From Dictyostelium discoideum (lineage: Eukaryota), in contig CM000155.2 of the NCBI GenBank assembly GCA_000004695.1, positions 1,504,001-1,568,000 of the forward strand: a DNA stretch of 64,000 nucleotides, written 5' to 3'. A program made the position numbers and the translations under genes. The notes beneath the pieces are model-generated. The model was given only the letters and a program-made list of their open reading frames with translations. It searched no databases and was not told the DNA's origin. Below, one piece after another: positions 60,721 to 64,000 of this stretch (position 1 is the stretch's first letter; each line of letters starts with the position of its first letter).

Positions 60721-61435
60721 GAATAATTGGAGAAGAAGGTGAATCTAAAGAGAATTTCCTTGATTTTTTATCAATTTTCCCAACTATTGGAATATTGTAA
60801 TGATGCGGAGCATTATCATCTTGAAAACCATTTGGAAGATTATGATCAATTGGTGAATCTAATTTTAAAATTCCACCAATTTCAATATCGTTATCATCAT
60901 GTTCTTCATTATTATTATTATTATGTTGATAGCTTTCATCATCATTATCATCATTTTCTTCATTATTATTATTATCATTTTCATCATCATCATCTTTAAA
61001 ATCATGATGTGGTAAATGACTATGAATTATTGTTGAAATTAAATCTGGTGAAGCATTTGCTGCTGAAATTATTGAACTATTACTATAAACTGATCTAATG
61101 AAAAAACGACGTAGTAATACTATTGGTAATGTTAATAATACTGTGGAGCCTAATTGAACTAATATGACCAATAAAAATAAAGTTCCACTTGACCAACCGC
61201 TTATATCAACTGTCACTAATCCTGTGGTTGTTAATGCTGAATAACCAATATATAAACAATCTATAAATGGTACTTCAAATTCTATAAGTTTAATTAACAC
61301 CGATCCAATAAACCCGACCATTACAAAATAAATTAAATGAAATCTAAAAAAGTAATTTTTATCAATTAATGCTATAATTTTATTTATTAATTGTTTAAGT
61401 TTAATTTTAAAATATTTTCTTATATTAATTTTCAT
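59103..61435 (-). CDS. TrkH/HKT-family cation (K+) transporter, multi-exon (at least 4 exons)
   Basis: Pore-loop motif YSALTTTGL; SAFNNAGLALFSD; C-terminal exon …ISAFGNVGLSISITLS…; introns with GTAAGT/GTAATT donors at about 60066, 59760 and 59400; Q(33) tract. Confidence 0.6.
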
Positions 61436-61536
61436 TTTTTCCTTTCTGTTGTTCTATTTTTCCTATTTATTGTGTGTGTTTTGACTTTTTTGAATTTTTT
61501 TTTTTTTTTTCCTATTTATTATATGTGTGTTGTTTG

Positions 61537-61570
<34 letters not shown>

Positions 61571-62053
61571 ATTTATAAAATGATTAATATACTTATTAGT
61601 ATATTTATTATTACTAAATATATAAACTTCGAATTTTATTTTCCTTTTTTTTTTTTTTTTTTTTTTGTATTTTTTATTTTTTTTTGTATTTTTTTGTTTT
61701 GTTTTTTGTTTTGTTTTTTTTTTTTAAAATTTTTTTTTTTTTATTTTTTTTTTTTTTTGAAAAAGTTATCGATTAGGGGTTAATTATAACCTGGTAAATT
61801 AAATTTGTTTTTTTTTATTTTTTTCTAATTTTTATTTTTTACAACATTTTAAAACGTTTTCAATTTTTCGATATTTTTTGTAATAGGTCAAAAAAGATTT
61901 TTCAGAAAAGAAGATTTTTTGAACTTTTTCTGTTTAGATTTTTAAAATGAGATATTTGAAAAAAAAACAAAATTATTTTTTTTGTTTTTTTTTTATTATT
62001 TATCACAAAAGTAAAAAAAAAAAAAAATGTTTGAAAAAAAAAAAAAAAATAAT

Positions 62054-63450
62054 TTATTTAAATAATTCTAATAATTCTTTTTTAACTTGATGTTTATCAA
62101 TATCATTTGAAGTTTGATTTGAATTAATTAATTCTTTTAATTGTTCAGAACAAGATTGCTTATCTAAATTTGAATTATTAATTATAGATTTAAAAGCATT
62201 TAAACAAATATCTTTTCTTTGAGAGTGACCATTTCTATCAAGTTCTTCTTCACCCAATTCTAATGCCACTTGAATTTGTAACATTTCATTAAAGATATGT
62301 TTAATAGAGATTGAAATATGATTTGATTTTGGTAAACATGGTAAACAATGACAATAGATTTCATTCAATAAATCTAATTGAGCTAAACGAATAAAACGAT
62401 CAGCATCGAAAATCACCTCTTCAACACCTATCTGACTCATTAAATATTTATAAATCTCTTTTCCAATATTTTTACCAACTGATTGATTATCAAATTCAAT
62501 TAAATGTTTACTAATCTTTGGAATTGTATTTGTTAAACATTCTAAAATTGTAAACATAATCTTTGATATAATATCACTATCAATATTTTTCTTTTTTTTT
62601 TTACCATTTGAATCAACTTCATCTTCTTCATCTTCTTCATCTTCATCTTCATCTTCATCATCAATTGTATCATCTAATTCAATTGATTTTGAAGAATTTA
62701 ATAATTTCATATAAACTGATAAAATAATTGTTTCTAAATATTGTGATTTATAGAGTTGATCATGAATAAATAATTGCATTAATTTATCCAATGTAACAAT
62801 ACAAGATGGTGCATACTTTGAAATTGATTTCCAATTTTTAACAACAAATTGTGATAATCTTTCAATTGTAGTTTCAATGAATGGTTGATATAAAATTTGA
62901 CATGATAATGCAATATTACCAATCGCTTGAATGATATGAATTGTCATTGATTTATACTTTTGAACTGGTTTAACAATCTCTGCCAATAATGGATTTAAAA
63001 TCTTTGGTAAATAAATATCTTGAATTAATGATTTCTTTTCATTATATTCATTAGTTTCTTTTTGTTGTTGTTGTTGATTTAAATTTCTATTTAATGAAAT
63101 TATAAACTCTGAAAATATAATTGGATCTGCTAAAACTGGTGCATAAATTAAAAATTCCTCTGCATATTGGAATGAATCTTTAATAATACGAATTATTGAT
63201 ATTAAATTTAAAATGATTGAACTTCTAATACGTTGAAAGAAAGCTTGTGCACCTTTAGTTAAATTACTCTTTACATATTCTCTAATATCACCAATACATT
63301 CTAATAAAGTTTTAAATATTTCAATTAATATTAATTGACATTCTTCACTAGATTTTAAACATGCATTTGATACACCAATTCTTAAACTATTAATAATATT
63401 AACTGTAACTTTTCTATTTTCTTTATTACAAATATTATCTTTTTTAATCC
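62054..63450 (-). CDS. HEAT/ARM-repeat protein, possibly importin-beta/karyopherin family, 3' exon
   Basis: ORF 62054-62986 continues in frame upstream to an acceptor near 63450; acidic DDEDEDEDEEDEEDE insertion. Confidence 0.3.
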
Positions 63451-63452
63451 TA

Positions 63453-63462
<10 letters not shown>

Positions 63463-63531
<69 letters not shown>
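63463..63531. repeat. (AAAT)n microsatellite, about 17 units, in an intron
   Basis: perfect run. Confidence 0.95.
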
Positions 63532-63604
63532 ATATATTAATAAATTAATATTATTATTATTATTATTTTTATTATTTTATTAAAAAATAAAAATAAAAAC
63601 ATAC

Positions 63605-63967
63605 ATTGATAAATAAGAATTAAAAATAAAATTTGATAATGATTTATCTTTAATATAAATTGATGAATAACCACATAAAATACCAAAGAAAATTGAAGAT
63701 GATTCTTTATTAATATTTTCAATTAATTGTTTTGATAATAATTCTAAAAGTTTAATATCAACACTATTTTCCAAACCCATTGCTGAAACTTTTAATTTAT
63801 TTGAATCAACCATTGATGATTCATCTTCGTCATCACTTTCATCATCATCATCACTATCATCATCGTTTGTACTTTCAATTTTTGATGATTTATATGGTAA
63901 ATATAATTGAAAGAATTGACCTAAAACTTGTGTTAAATCTTCATAAATTACTTCATCTTCTTTTAAA
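63605..63967 (-). CDS. same HEAT/ARM-repeat gene, upstream exon; gene continues beyond the window end
   Basis: donor GTATGT at 63599-63604; acceptor at 63968; the next intron runs to the window edge. Confidence 0.3.
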
Positions 63968-64000
63968 CTATTTATTATTATTATTAAAAATTAATATAAA

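Overview
AT-rich (about 75-80% A+T) eukaryotic genomic window. Poly-A/T intergenic tracts, (CAA)n poly-Q and poly-N coding repeats, and short GTAAGT/GTATGT...AG introns point to Dictyostelium discoideum or a close relative; a tRNA gene flanked by tRNA-targeted retroelements supports this. Two parts: (1) 3.5-31.6 kb is a transposon-rich accessory region. It holds a Tdd-4-like DNA transposon (about 100-bp inverted terminal repeats that differ at one position, multi-exon integrase-like gene) and a two-exon PIF/Harbinger-type DDE transposase gene. It also holds a tRNA-Ala(AGC) gene. On its 3' side sit two tandem full-length copies plus one 5'-truncated copy of a TRE3-like non-LTR retrotransposon. 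On its 5' side sits a mosaic of TRE5-A-derived copies (tandem A-module arrays, ORF1, truncated ORF2, internally deleted derivatives) interrupted by a 100-N assembly gap. (2) 32-64 kb is ordinary gene-dense sequence with multi-exon housekeeping genes: Sec24-like COPII subunit, a large HEAT-repeat protein (possibly PA200/Blm10-like), CHMP2/Vps2, an hssA/2C/7E-type Gly/Cys-rich small protein, 2-hydroxyacyl-CoA lyase, Hop/STI1, Rab4, a small RING-finger protein, a ZC3H15/DFRP1-like CCCH protein, a TrkH/HKT-type cation transporter, and a HEAT/ARM protein running off the window end. The ORF track uses non-ATG starts, so a leading M is often not a true methionine. The intron boundaries given were read by hand and may be off by 1-2 nt.
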